Shown here: positions 16,482-24,000 of the stretch, piece after piece
Layout of the letters: each line of letters starts with the position of its first letter
How positions within the stretch are numbered: the stretch's first letter is position 1
Origin: Methylosarcina fibrata AML-C10
GTDB taxonomy: Bacteria > Pseudomonadota > Gammaproteobacteria > Methylococcales > Methylomonadaceae
DNA length: 24,000 bases
NCBI RefSeq assembly: GCF_000372865.1
Contig: NZ_KB889965.1
Location: forward strand, 1,724,990 to 1,748,989
Direction: 5' to 3'
The notes under the pieces: generated by a model
What the model was told of the DNA's origin: nothing
Databases searched by the model: none
The model's input: the letters and a program-made list of their open reading frames with translations, nothing else
Position numbers and translations under genes: made by a program

Positions 16482-16547
16482 ATGGAGACACTGACAAAAT
16501 CAGAAAAGCACGCTTTCAAACATATTTCGGAATGCATGGCTTTGTAA
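16482..16547 (+). CDS. Candidate 21-aa upstream ORF (METLTKSEKHAFKHISECMAL).
   Basis: GAGGAA sits 3 nt upstream of the ATG. Its TAA ends 1 nt before the ATG of the first integrase-like gene. This is very tentative. Confidence 0.2.
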   Translation: METLTKSEKHAFKHISECMAL

Positions 16548-16548
16548 T

Positions 16549-17499
16549 ATGGATAAAGCCATGTTGCGCCACAAAACCAGTCTTCATCAGCTATACAAAA
16601 ACGGCGAGGCTGAAATAACCCGAGCTTGTAATGAGGATTCCAAAACACAAAAACGACTGATTAACCAATGGCTGAGTTTTTGTATTTGGTCGATTACCAA
16701 GGACGGTAATCACCTTGAAAGCATAAGATCGGTAACCAGCGAACATATTATCCGTTACGGACAATATCTAAAGTCAGAATTCGACAACGGAAGATTTGCC
16801 AGCACATTGAGCGCGACGAGTTATTTGTCCGGCATAAATACCCTGATGAAACTAATCCATGGTGGCAACTGGGAAAAGATCAGTCCTATAAAGGATTGCG
16901 GCTTGGAACCTATTTCTCATATTCCAAACAAGAAACCTGGATTAGACAAAAATGGCCTGCCGGATATTGAAAGTCTGGCCGGTTATTTACTCGAACTTCA
17001 AATGTCGCTTGGCGTTGTTATTCGAGAAGCCCTAATTCTGGATTTAAGAGAAGCGCTGATTGAAGGACGCTCGACAGGATTTGTAACCATTACCAACTTT
17101 CAAAATGGAATCCGGAGAAAGGTCCCTTGCCGCCCATCTGCCATCAAAGCCATTGGCAATGGTATAGCGGCCAGGCGCTTGCAAAAACTATTGCCGAAAA
17201 AGTGGGAATTTAACGATTTTCTATCAGCCCATAACAAACTGGCAGCGAGAAAGGGCTACTCAACCAATACCGCCAGAGGCATTTATGTTCGCGACCGGTA
17301 TCAAGAATTGGCCGGTGTCGAACCGCCGATCATTTCCGGACTCGGTCAAACTGAACACTGTCAAAAACTTTCCCAATATTCCAATAAGACACCATCCGAA
17401 ACCAAAGGCATCGACAAAAAAACCCGTCACAATATTGCCAAAGAGATCGGTGTGCTCGGCATAGAACAACTCAAAGAATACCTGGATAAAAAACCATGA
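16549..17499 (+). CDS. Tyrosine-recombinase-like protein A, a paralog of the next gene with a degenerate active site.
   Basis: It aligns with ORF B along its full length (IRYGQYLKSE/ISYGQHLQQQ, KDCGLEP/KDCGIER, IGVLGIEQLKEYL/LGHSRVEISNAYL). It keeps Arg (VIREA), the second Arg (NTARG) and the terminal Tyr. It lacks the Lys (NFQNGIRRK) and both His residues. Confidence 0.7.
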   Translation: MDKAMLRHKTSLHQLYKNGEAEITRACNEDSKTQKRLINQWLSFCIWSITKDGNHLESIRSVTSEHIIRYGQYLKSEFDNGRFASTLSATSYLSGINTLMKLIHGGNWEKISPIKDCGLEPISHIPNKKPGLDKNGLPDIESLAGYLLELQMSLGVVIREALILDLREALIEGRSTGFVTITNFQNGIRRKVPCRPSAIKAIGNGIAARRLQKLLPKKWEFNDFLSAHNKLAARKGYSTNTARGIYVRDRYQELAGVEPPIISGLGQTEHCQKLSQYSNKTPSETKGIDKKTRHNIAKEIGVLGIEQLKEYLDKKP

Positions 17500-18434
17500 G
17501 TCGAAATTACGAAATCGGCAGCCGGGATATGTTCACGGCCGGGAAAATGCTACTGAAAGATCGTTCACCAAATGGGTTCAAAACCAAATCCGATTACAGC
17601 GACCGCTGGCGTCTGTTTTGCATGTACGCAGAAGAAAATGGCGTGAAGAAAATGGAAGATGTCACCCCTGCGTTCGTCATTTCCTATGGCCAGCACCTGC
17701 AACAGCAACTTGAAGCCGGCATCTATTCCAGCGCGTCGGCGCCAAAGAATTACCTATCGACTGTGAATTGCGTCATGCGTTTGGCCACTGGAGGCCTATG
17801 GAAAACTGTTAGGCCGAGTAAAGATTGCGGCATCGAACGCAGAAAATACATTCCCAAGGAATCCAAGGCGCTACCAGAAGCCAAACACCAAGAAGTCCAG
17901 CAAACGATCGATGATCGGCTGTCCAAAATTATGGATTTGCAACGAGTCTTGGGGCTTCGCTTCAAAGAAAGCTGCCTTTTCGATGCCAAAACCGCTTTGA
18001 AACAACTCGAAAAATTTGGCTTCATTACCATCCAGGCCGGTACCAAAGGTGGTCGACCCAGGCGATTGTTCTGTGACGATAACATGCGGAACGTCATTCA
18101 AGCGGCATCCAGTATTCAAAACGGAAAATCAATGATCCCTAAGGAAATGACCTACATCAAATTCCGCCAGGAATGCTACCAGCAGGCAAAGGTGAATGAA
18201 ATTGCCTTCCATCCGGAACGTCATGCCTTCGCGCAAAAGCGTTACCGCGAGTTAGTCAATGCGCCGTGTCCACTTGAGGCTGGATGGGAGCACAAAGGCC
18301 GGATCGAAAAACTGGCCGAATACCTGTCAACTTCCGTAGAAGAAGCCAAGGACATTGACTGCAAAGCCCGCCTCAAAATCTCAATGGAATTAGGTCATTC
18401 TCGCGTGGAGATCAGCAATGCGTACCTGGGCTAG
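17496..18434 (+). CDS. Tyrosine recombinase B (Integrase_1-like) with an intact catalytic set.
   Basis: Motifs are GLRFKE (R), TKGGRPRR (K), HPERH (HxxR), ELGHS (H) and NAYLG (Y). It has an ATGA start/stop overlap with ORF A. Confidence 0.8.
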   Translation: MSRNYEIGSRDMFTAGKMLLKDRSPNGFKTKSDYSDRWRLFCMYAEENGVKKMEDVTPAFVISYGQHLQQQLEAGIYSSASAPKNYLSTVNCVMRLATGGLWKTVRPSKDCGIERRKYIPKESKALPEAKHQEVQQTIDDRLSKIMDLQRVLGLRFKESCLFDAKTALKQLEKFGFITIQAGTKGGRPRRLFCDDNMRNVIQAASSIQNGKSMIPKEMTYIKFRQECYQQAKVNEIAFHPERHAFAQKRYRELVNAPCPLEAGWEHKGRIEKLAEYLSTSVEEAKDIDCKARLKISMELGHSRVEISNAYLG

Positions 18435-18960
18435 GGAGCTGGAATCTTATACTCATGACTACGTACGCCGGGGTGGAAAACAAAACCGCCGCAAGCAGGT
18501 TTCCTTGATCGTGAACTTCCTGGAGTTCACCGACGCCCAAGAAGGATTGACCTCGCTTCACCGCTTGGGCAAGCGTCATGTCATCAATTTCTGGAAAGGG
18601 CATCGAGATATGCCGGAGAAATCGGCCTACGATTATTGGTTAGGGTTTTGCCAATTATGGAGTTGGCTTGGAAAATCCGAGAAGCCACCGCGACCGCATA
18701 AAATGAATGCTCATTCTGATAATCCAGGAACTGAGGAAGCCAATTCTCAAGCGGTTTTGTGCTTCACCGAAATATCTGCCGCCATCAAGACTGCCCGTGA
18801 GGCGAAAAGCATGCCGATCCTTAAGCTTGCAAACTTGTCAGGTTGCGATCCCACGATCCTCAATGAAATCGAAGCCGGTCAATATGGCGCTGCCACCATT
18901 TCAGACATCCAGAATCTGTTGAAGATTTTAAGCGTCAATCTGACCCTAGCTAGGACATAA
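18418..18960 (+). CDS. Fusion of an integrase N-terminal SAM-like domain to an XRE-type HTH, with no catalytic domain.
   Basis: The N-terminal LGKRHVINFWKGHRDMPEKSAYDYWLGFCQLWSWLGKSEKPPRP resembles phage-integrase N-terminal (SAM_2-like) domains. The C-terminal ISAAIKTAREAKSMPILKLANLSGCDPTILNEIEAG is an XRE-like HTH. GGAG RBS, and a 17-nt overlap with ORF B. Confidence 0.65.
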   Translation: MRTWARELESYTHDYVRRGGKQNRRKQVSLIVNFLEFTDAQEGLTSLHRLGKRHVINFWKGHRDMPEKSAYDYWLGFCQLWSWLGKSEKPPRPHKMNAHSDNPGTEEANSQAVLCFTEISAAIKTAREAKSMPILKLANLSGCDPTILNEIEAGQYGAATISDIQNLLKILSVNLTLART

Positions 18961-19001
18961 CCTTCTGAAGACTTAGTACCGTGTCTTTTCGTTTATTTCA
19001 T

Positions 19002-19030
19002 TTGTTTCGTTTATTTCGATTGTGTATAAT
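19002..19030 (+). promoter_or_regulatory. Candidate sigma70 promoter TTGTTT-17-TATAAT for the TA operon, overlapped by a 12-bp direct repeat.
   Basis: TATAAT is at 19025-19030 and TTGTTT at 19002-19007. TTCGTTTATTTC is repeated at 18988-18999 and 19006-19017. This would give a ~145-nt 5' UTR. Confidence 0.45.
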
Positions 19031-19180
19031 GTGCTAGTGACTTTTTTACTGACGACTTACTGAAATTTAAGCTTATTACCAATCTTCAAAATCACACATA
19101 ACGACATACGCATTCAAAAATAGCTGAAAAATCGACATCTAAAGACTGATAAGCACAAACTGACAATACTAGAGAAAACA

Positions 19181-19639
19181 ATGAATACTAAAGAAAGTCC
19201 AGGTCTTCCAACGGAAGCCGAAGTTTCGTTAGCAAAGGAAAGCAGCCGGTTGCTCTCCTTGTACTTGAGCACTAAAGAAGAATCACAATCGATCAGAGTC
19301 ATTGATCAAGCAGGTGAACATGAAGCGGTCAGAATTCCCACTGCCGCATTTCGCTTATTGATCGATGTGCTGTCCGAAATGGCTCAAGGCAATGCAGTCA
19401 GTATGATTCCTGTGCATGCGGAACTCACAACACAAGAGGCGGCTGACATGCTCAATGTTTCCCGTCCGCATCTGATCAAATTGCTCGACAGCGGCGTGAT
19501 TCCTTTTCACAAAGTAGGCACCCATCGTCGTGTGCGTTATCTCCATTTGGTAGATTACAAAGCGAAGGTCGATTCGGAACGATTAGCAGCGTTGGAAGAA
19601 CTATCAGCCCAGGCACAAGAACTAAATATGGGTTATTAA
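19181..19639 (+). CDS. Excisionase-family (MerR-like) HTH antitoxin.
   Basis: LTTQEAADMLNVSRPHLIKLLDSGVIPFHKVGTHRRV is the classic excisionase-family HTH. It lies 3 nt upstream of the PIN gene. Confidence 0.8.
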   Translation: MNTKESPGLPTEAEVSLAKESSRLLSLYLSTKEESQSIRVIDQAGEHEAVRIPTAAFRLLIDVLSEMAQGNAVSMIPVHAELTTQEAADMLNVSRPHLIKLLDSGVIPFHKVGTHRRVRYLHLVDYKAKVDSERLAALEELSAQAQELNMGY

Positions 19640-19642
19640 TTA

Positions 19643-20212
19643 ATGACAAGCTTTTCCGTAGTCTACGACGCATGTGTATTGTATCCAGCACCCTTGCGCG
19701 ATTTACTGATGCACCTTTCTCTGACCGATCTATACCGAGCAAAATGGACGGCGGAAATCCACGAAGAATGGATGCGAAACGTCTTGACCGTTCGTCAGGA
19801 TTTGACACGCGAGCAACTTGAACGAACACGAAAACTGATGGATACCAGTGCCCGTGACTGTCTGGTAACCGGCTACGAATTTCTGATCCCAACTCTGGCT
19901 TTGCCAGACCAAAACGATCGGCATGTGCTCGCTGCTGCAATACGCAGTCAGTCGAGTGTTATTTTAACTTTCAACCTGAAGGATTTTCCTGAAACGGAAC
20001 TCGAAAAATACGATGTTGAGGCGCAACATCCGGATGAATTCATTTCAGATCTGATCGACTTGAATGCGGCCAGGGTCTTGGCGGCTATTGCCAAACACCG
20101 ACAATCCCTAAAAAACCCGCCAAAATCGAGCAAAGAATATTTGGATACCCTGTTGCAACAAGGGCTGCCCGAAACTGTTAGCCAGTTACGGCAATGGGAA
20201 TTATCATTTTAA
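19643..20212 (+). CDS. PIN-domain toxin (PIN_3-like, VapC-type RNase).
   Basis: VVYDACVLYPAPLRDLLMHL, NDRHVLAAAI and ILTFNLKDF provide acidic residues at PIN positions. Confidence 0.85.
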   Translation: MTSFSVVYDACVLYPAPLRDLLMHLSLTDLYRAKWTAEIHEEWMRNVLTVRQDLTREQLERTRKLMDTSARDCLVTGYEFLIPTLALPDQNDRHVLAAAIRSQSSVILTFNLKDFPETELEKYDVEAQHPDEFISDLIDLNAARVLAAIAKHRQSLKNPPKSSKEYLDTLLQQGLPETVSQLRQWELSF

Positions 20213-20288
20213 GCTCTGGCAAATGCTCCACAAGGCCAGCAGAGATTTTTCTGGATGAATAGCTACCAAATCAAAGATTTCATTTACA

Positions 20289-20311
20289 CACGGGTGGCAT
20301 TGCCACCCGTG
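20289..20311. terminator. Hairpin CACGGGTGGC-att-GCCACCCGTG between convergent genes.
   Basis: 10-bp perfect GC-rich stem. There is only a short T-run (CTTT) on the plus side. Confidence 0.5.
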
Positions 20312-20332
20312 CTTTAATAATGAACGTTTCAA

Positions 20333-21478
20333 TTATTGAATCGCTTCGAATAATTCTTGAGCTTTTGTACGAGCTTTGACATCGTCTTCTTGGCCAAGGG
20401 GTTCAATCCTGATGCCCTCTCTGCCATCAACGAACATTGGGCCACCGATGTCATCGTCGTAATGGGATCCATCCTCATGAATAGCGTAATAGTCGTCTTG
20501 AGTCAGATCGGTACCTAAAAGTTGAGAGAGATAAATCCAGGTCCAACAACGCAACAAGTTACCCTGGTCAAATTCTTCGATGAGTCTTAGCATTGCTTCC
20601 GTTTCACCCTTTTCAGCCGCAACGGTTAACCAGGAATGGACATCCTGATAACGATCTAATTTTTCAGCTATTTCTGCTACTTTTAGTGGATCATGATCAA
20701 GCCCATTTCTGGTTTGTTCAAAAAATGTGGGATCATCAAAAAAATCTGCCAAATCGATCAAAGCGAGTTCATTTCCTAAGCGTCCCGCCTCACGGAGATG
20801 GTGCTCGTACTTTTGATCCTTCGCAACGGTGAATGCATACTGTTCAGCCCATTCTTTCTCCACTCCCGCTAATACACGGCCACTTTTTTCTTGGTTATAC
20901 CAAAAATCAAACCCTGGTGACCGTTCGTCTACATCTACGGGGGAATGGATCAAAGCTAAAGCATAATGGGCACTGGCATTCCCTCTTGTAGCAGCATCTT
21001 CAAGGGTTTTCAGTAATTCTTGTGAAATCAAGTCTTGAGGTTCGTCATGGAATGGAGGCCAATCCTTGTCGACCCATTGCTCCAGATTTTCGTCTTCACT
21101 TTCGTCAACATCCTCTTTCTGCCAATCTGAATAACCTCGATAGGATAATTGCTGCCTTAGCTTCAATATCAAATCGGAAAGCAACAAGACATTGATCCGC
21201 TTCTGTTCTATTAAAACCGGAAATTCGGCGACAATGAAATCGGCGACATCATTTGAGTATTCAAGCTCCAAGCAGCGTTTATGTAAGGCCTGTGATTGCT
21301 GGATGCAAGAATGTTCCTGCTCGCCTGGCAACAAAATAGAGTGAGAACTCAGTGCCGCAAAGGAGTTATAGCCAAATGCGGTAGCTAAAAGTTCGTAGAT
21401 ATGAGTCCTTTTGAAAGTGGCGGCAATATGAGCCTGGCAGTATTGATGTGTCTCGAAGACAAATGCTTTGATAGTCAT
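20333..21478 (-). CDS. Hypothetical protein with C-terminal Sel1/TPR-like repeats.
   Basis: Repeats are ATRGNASAHYALALIH, AGRLGNELALIDLADFF and AAEKGETEAMLRLIEEF. I prefer the ATG at 21478 (MTIKAF), with GAGGAA 7 nt upstream, over the track start at 21520. Confidence 0.55.
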   Translation of the reverse strand: MTIKAFVFETHQYCQAHIAATFKRTHIYELLATAFGYNSFAALSSHSILLPGEQEHSCIQQSQALHKRCLELEYSNDVADFIVAEFPVLIEQKRINVLLLSDLILKLRQQLSYRGYSDWQKEDVDESEDENLEQWVDKDWPPFHDEPQDLISQELLKTLEDAATRGNASAHYALALIHSPVDVDERSPGFDFWYNQEKSGRVLAGVEKEWAEQYAFTVAKDQKYEHHLREAGRLGNELALIDLADFFDDPTFFEQTRNGLDHDPLKVAEIAEKLDRYQDVHSWLTVAAEKGETEAMLRLIEEFDQGNLLRCWTWIYLSQLLGTDLTQDDYYAIHEDGSHYDDDIGGPMFVDGREGIRIEPLGQEDDVKARTKAQELFEAIQ

Positions 21479-21807
21479 AAATAATTTCCTCAACACTTCA
21501 TCGTTCTGGGATGAATGCACACGTTTAACGTCCCAACGACGAAGCCATTTAAGAAAATTAAATCAATGACGATATTTGATTGACCTGTTTTTACTCGTGT
21601 GCAAGTAAGGCGGGCGCCATAGATTATTCTAGTCGTTTGATTAATGCTCGTCAAAAAAAGGAAGGAAGGCAAATTCCGCGCTAAGGAACAATTTTCACGA
21701 AACCAACGCTCTTGTAACGAAAGATGCTCAAAAATCACGCCTTTCGTTGTGACCTCACATGTTGTTTTTCATTAGGATCATGCATTTCAAAGGAGACCGA
21801 ATAGTTC

Positions 21808-22946
21808 ATGCATAAGCAACAAATCATCATCTATCCAGAATACAGTGCGGATAGTCTTGGATCAGCCTGGGCCGCGTGGGAGTTTTTTGGCGATGGAGCC
21901 TATTACATATCTTATCGCTACAACGATCCTATGCCTCCGTTTGAGAAGGGTGCCGAAGTTTTTGTCCTGGGCTGTGGTATTCCTTTAGGAATGATCTATG
22001 AAGCAGCCATGCAAGCTGAACGGATCGTCGTCATTGAGAGCCAGTCGCATTATGAAGCAAAGTACTTGGAACAGCTCAATGCTCAGCTGTTAGCACACAA
22101 CGTTACCTTCATTATTGATAGTTCCCGAAGCGCTTGCGTCATGTCTTGGGACTTTTTCAAACACACCAAGACGCCGCTCTTATTGGAGATGATCCAGGAT
22201 CATAATCAAGGAAGGTTTTCTATTGAGACATCCAGGGATGTCGTAGCCGCGCTGAACAATCGTCTTCCTATGGATCTCATGGAATTCGGGGGAATTTCTG
22301 TTGGCGAATTAAGAGCGGGGAGTCGCTATTTTTGCGAAAGCTTGTTTTGGGCATCCCAGCCCAAGCAAGCGGCAAAAACTTAACGCGACCGCTAATGGCT
22401 GCGCCGCCCCAGCCGTCCTGCTCCCTCGTTTGATACCCAACAAGGGGTATCAAACTGAGTGCGCAATGACTCGACGCGATGTCGGATGGCTTTGCAATTT
22501 CACTCCGCAAACAGCGCTCCGTGAAATCGCCCAGCCCTATCGCTTCTGGGGACTACTCGGCTTCCCGCCTCGCAGCGTCGGAAGGGAAAGCACTGAATGA
22601 GCAGACTCGAAGAATTGCCGCCCGATTAATGCAAGCGCGTCATGCGGTTTGTTTTGGCGATGTCGTTGGGATGGCCATCAACGCGCCGCCGGCATTTGCC
22701 AACGATCTTGGCCTGATGCTATCCATGGAAAGGGGAAGCTTTGGAATAACGTATCACTTCAATGGCGAGCGTAATGCTTGGCTTTGTTCGCTTCGTTCAA
22801 ATGGCTCTGTCAATGTTGGGTTACTAGCTGAGCAGTTTGGCGGTGGAGGAAATGAACGAGCTGCCGGATTTTCGGTACAGAGTGGCGAGTGTGATTTTCT
22901 TTTTCCTGCGTCAAAAGGGGTAAAACTGCAAAAACACAACATGTAG
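21808..22946 (+). pseudogene. DHH/DHHA1 phosphoesterase homolog, split into two frames (21808-22383 and 22479-22946), with catalytic motifs substituted.
   Basis: The N-terminal half carries IIIYPEYSADSLGSAWAAW (motif I DxD becomes SAD), VLGCG (motif II Asp lost), VVIESQSH (DHH lost) and DSSRSACVMSWDFF. The C-terminal half carries SLRSNGSVNVGLLAEQFGGGGNERAAGF (GGGH becomes GGGN). The two halves are in different reading frames. Confidence 0.6.
22428..22455. repeat. Perfect 11-bp hairpin GTTTGATACCC-aacaag-GGGTATCAAAC inside the gap that splits the DHH homolog.
   Basis: Direct read. It is embedded in a locally GC-rich stretch (~22381-22600). Confidence 0.7.
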
Positions 22947-23262
22947 TATAGTTAGACTGACTTCGGCGCTATTTGTCGGGGTCTTTCCCGCGCGGGCCCG
23001 GGTTGGTGTATTCAAAATAGCACCCGAAGGCATTCGGTTGATCTATTACAAAATACTGGACGCCGGTAACGCTAAGATCAATATAGCGCGGTCATGAAGA
23101 ATCTAAGCAATGGTGATGGCAGCAAAGCTAGATGCAGCCCCATGGCGACCAATCGTATTAGTCAATATTTATTCCATAGATAAATCTCAATATGCGAAAT
23201 AATTTTCGTTTTAGTGAAACAAAAGTCGATTTTATTGAAACAAGATTATATAATTCGCAACT

Positions 23263-24000
23263 ATGGATAATCTCTCCGAAGTTCTAAAAATTCTAGAAGG
23301 TGCCCTGCAGCATAACGTGCGCAAGGCTGCCGATTACGCCGCTTTGCTCGCTGATAAACTGGAAGAAAAAGGCGAGGTGAAACAGGCTTCCATGATCCGG
23401 CAGAAACTTGCTCGCGTGCCCCAGGAATTATTCTCTCCAGCCAGCATGAGCCACAGCCTTCCAGTAGATTCGGAAAGCCAGCTTCATACAGTAGACGAAG
23501 AGCGTCCTAACATTACAGATATCGAACTGGCTTTGCCGGGAAATGTTAGGATCAGACTAAATGAGTTTGTCGGATCAGTTCGCGCTGTCGAACAACTAGC
23601 TGCCGCTGGCCTGCGTCAACCGGCCAGGCTCTTTCTATACGGCCCCCCAGGATGTGGCAAAACACAGGCTGCCCGACTGATCGCCGCTGAATTAAACTTG
23701 CCGCTTCTTACTGTGCGTTGCGACACTTTAGTCTCATCGCTTCTGGGGCAAACCAGTCGAAATCTACGCCGAGTGTTTGAGCATGCCGAAAACCGTCCCT
23801 GCATATTATTTCTTGATGAATTCGATGCGCTTGCAAAATCGCGAAGCAATGAAAGAGAGATCGGCGAATTACAACGAGTAGTCATTGCCCTTTTGCAGAA
23901 CATTGATGCGCTGTCACCCGAAACGCTCCTGATTGCTGCTACTAATCATGATGAGTTATTGGATCGTGCAGTTTGGCGACGCTTTGCATGGCATATTTCT
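23263..24000 (+). CDS. AAA+ ATPase (classic AAA/CDC48-FtsH-type module) with an N-terminal helical domain; 3'-truncated by the window edge.
   Basis: My own translation gives MDNLSEVLKILEGALQHN...ARLFLYGPPGCGKTQAARLIA (Walker A), PCILFLDEFDAL (Walker B) and LLIAATNHDELLDRAVWRRF (sensor-1 / Arg-finger region). An in-frame TAA at 23251 bounds the ORF. It is not in the track because it has no stop in the window. Confidence 0.85.
   Translation, partial: MDNLSEVLKILEGALQHNVRKAADYAALLADKLEEKGEVKQASMIRQKLARVPQELFSPASMSHSLPVDSESQLHTVDEERPNITDIELALPGNVRIRLNEFVGSVRAVEQLAAAGLRQPARLFLYGPPGCGKTQAARLIAAELNLPLLTVRCDTLVSSLLGQTSRNLRRVFEHAENRPCILFLDEFDALAKSRSNEREIGELQRVVIALLQNIDALSPETLLIAATNHDELLDRAVWRRFAWHIS

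Noticed and set aside
15520-16547. Five overlapping ORFs (75-138 aa) on both strands in the divergent region.
   Set aside because: They overlap one another and are rich in Cys, Trp and Arg. They have no SD sequences or family motifs. Only the last 21 codons (16482-16547) have an SD, and that stretch is listed separately at low confidence.
23206-23221. A parS-like sequence, TCGTTTTAGTGAAACA.
   Set aside because: Only the right half matches the chromosomal parS consensus (about 11 of 16 positions), and the left arm is not complementary. It is probably a chance match in AT-rich promoter DNA.
23616-23903. A 95-aa minus-strand ORF.
   Set aside because: It lies antisense to the Walker A and B region of the AAA+ ATPase, and the plus-strand reading has unambiguous motifs.

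Overview
This window looks like the maintenance and DNA-processing backbone of a conjugative or mobilisable element (ICE or large plasmid) from a roughly 42% GC Gram-negative host, with a few cargo genes. No rRNA, tRNA, CRISPR array or transposase was seen. All family assignments come from motif recognition by eye, not database searches.

Gene blocks, left to right:
- 1-3384 (minus): a MobH/TraI_2-like relaxase homolog interrupted by an in-frame TAA and lacking the usual His motif, a 2-TM bacterial-PH-domain membrane protein, and a soluble HerA/FtsK-type P-loop ATPase.
- 3470-7254 (minus): a cargo operon of MBOAT O-acyltransferase, a possible SGNH-like partner, and two tandem lipoproteins.
- 7560-7900: a sharply bounded GC-rich island with no convincing ORF, ending in a perfect 19-bp tandem repeat.
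- 8853-13623 (minus): a string of a 42-aa ORF, a KfrA-like protein, a 564-aa tyrosine recombinase, ParA and ParB.
- 13690-15407 (minus): a three-gene operon with the size and order of IncP traK-traL-traM or R388 stbABC. It is preceded by 9-10 copies of an 8-bp motif at an exact 11-bp period.
- 15540-16548: about 1 kb with no convincing ORF, a candidate oriT, centromere or ncRNA region.
- 16549-18960 (plus): three overlapping genes derived from tyrosine recombinases, one with an intact active site, one degenerate, and one an N-terminal domain fused to an XRE-type HTH.
- 19181-20212 (plus): an excisionase-HTH/PIN toxin-antitoxin pair.
- 20333-24000: a Sel1-like protein, a split and catalytically dead DHH/DHHA1 homolog, and the 5' part of an AAA+ ATPase.

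A 17-bp palindromic motif, TGTCYYATTNTGGGACA, occurs four times at operon boundaries and suggests an element-wide operator or centromere network.
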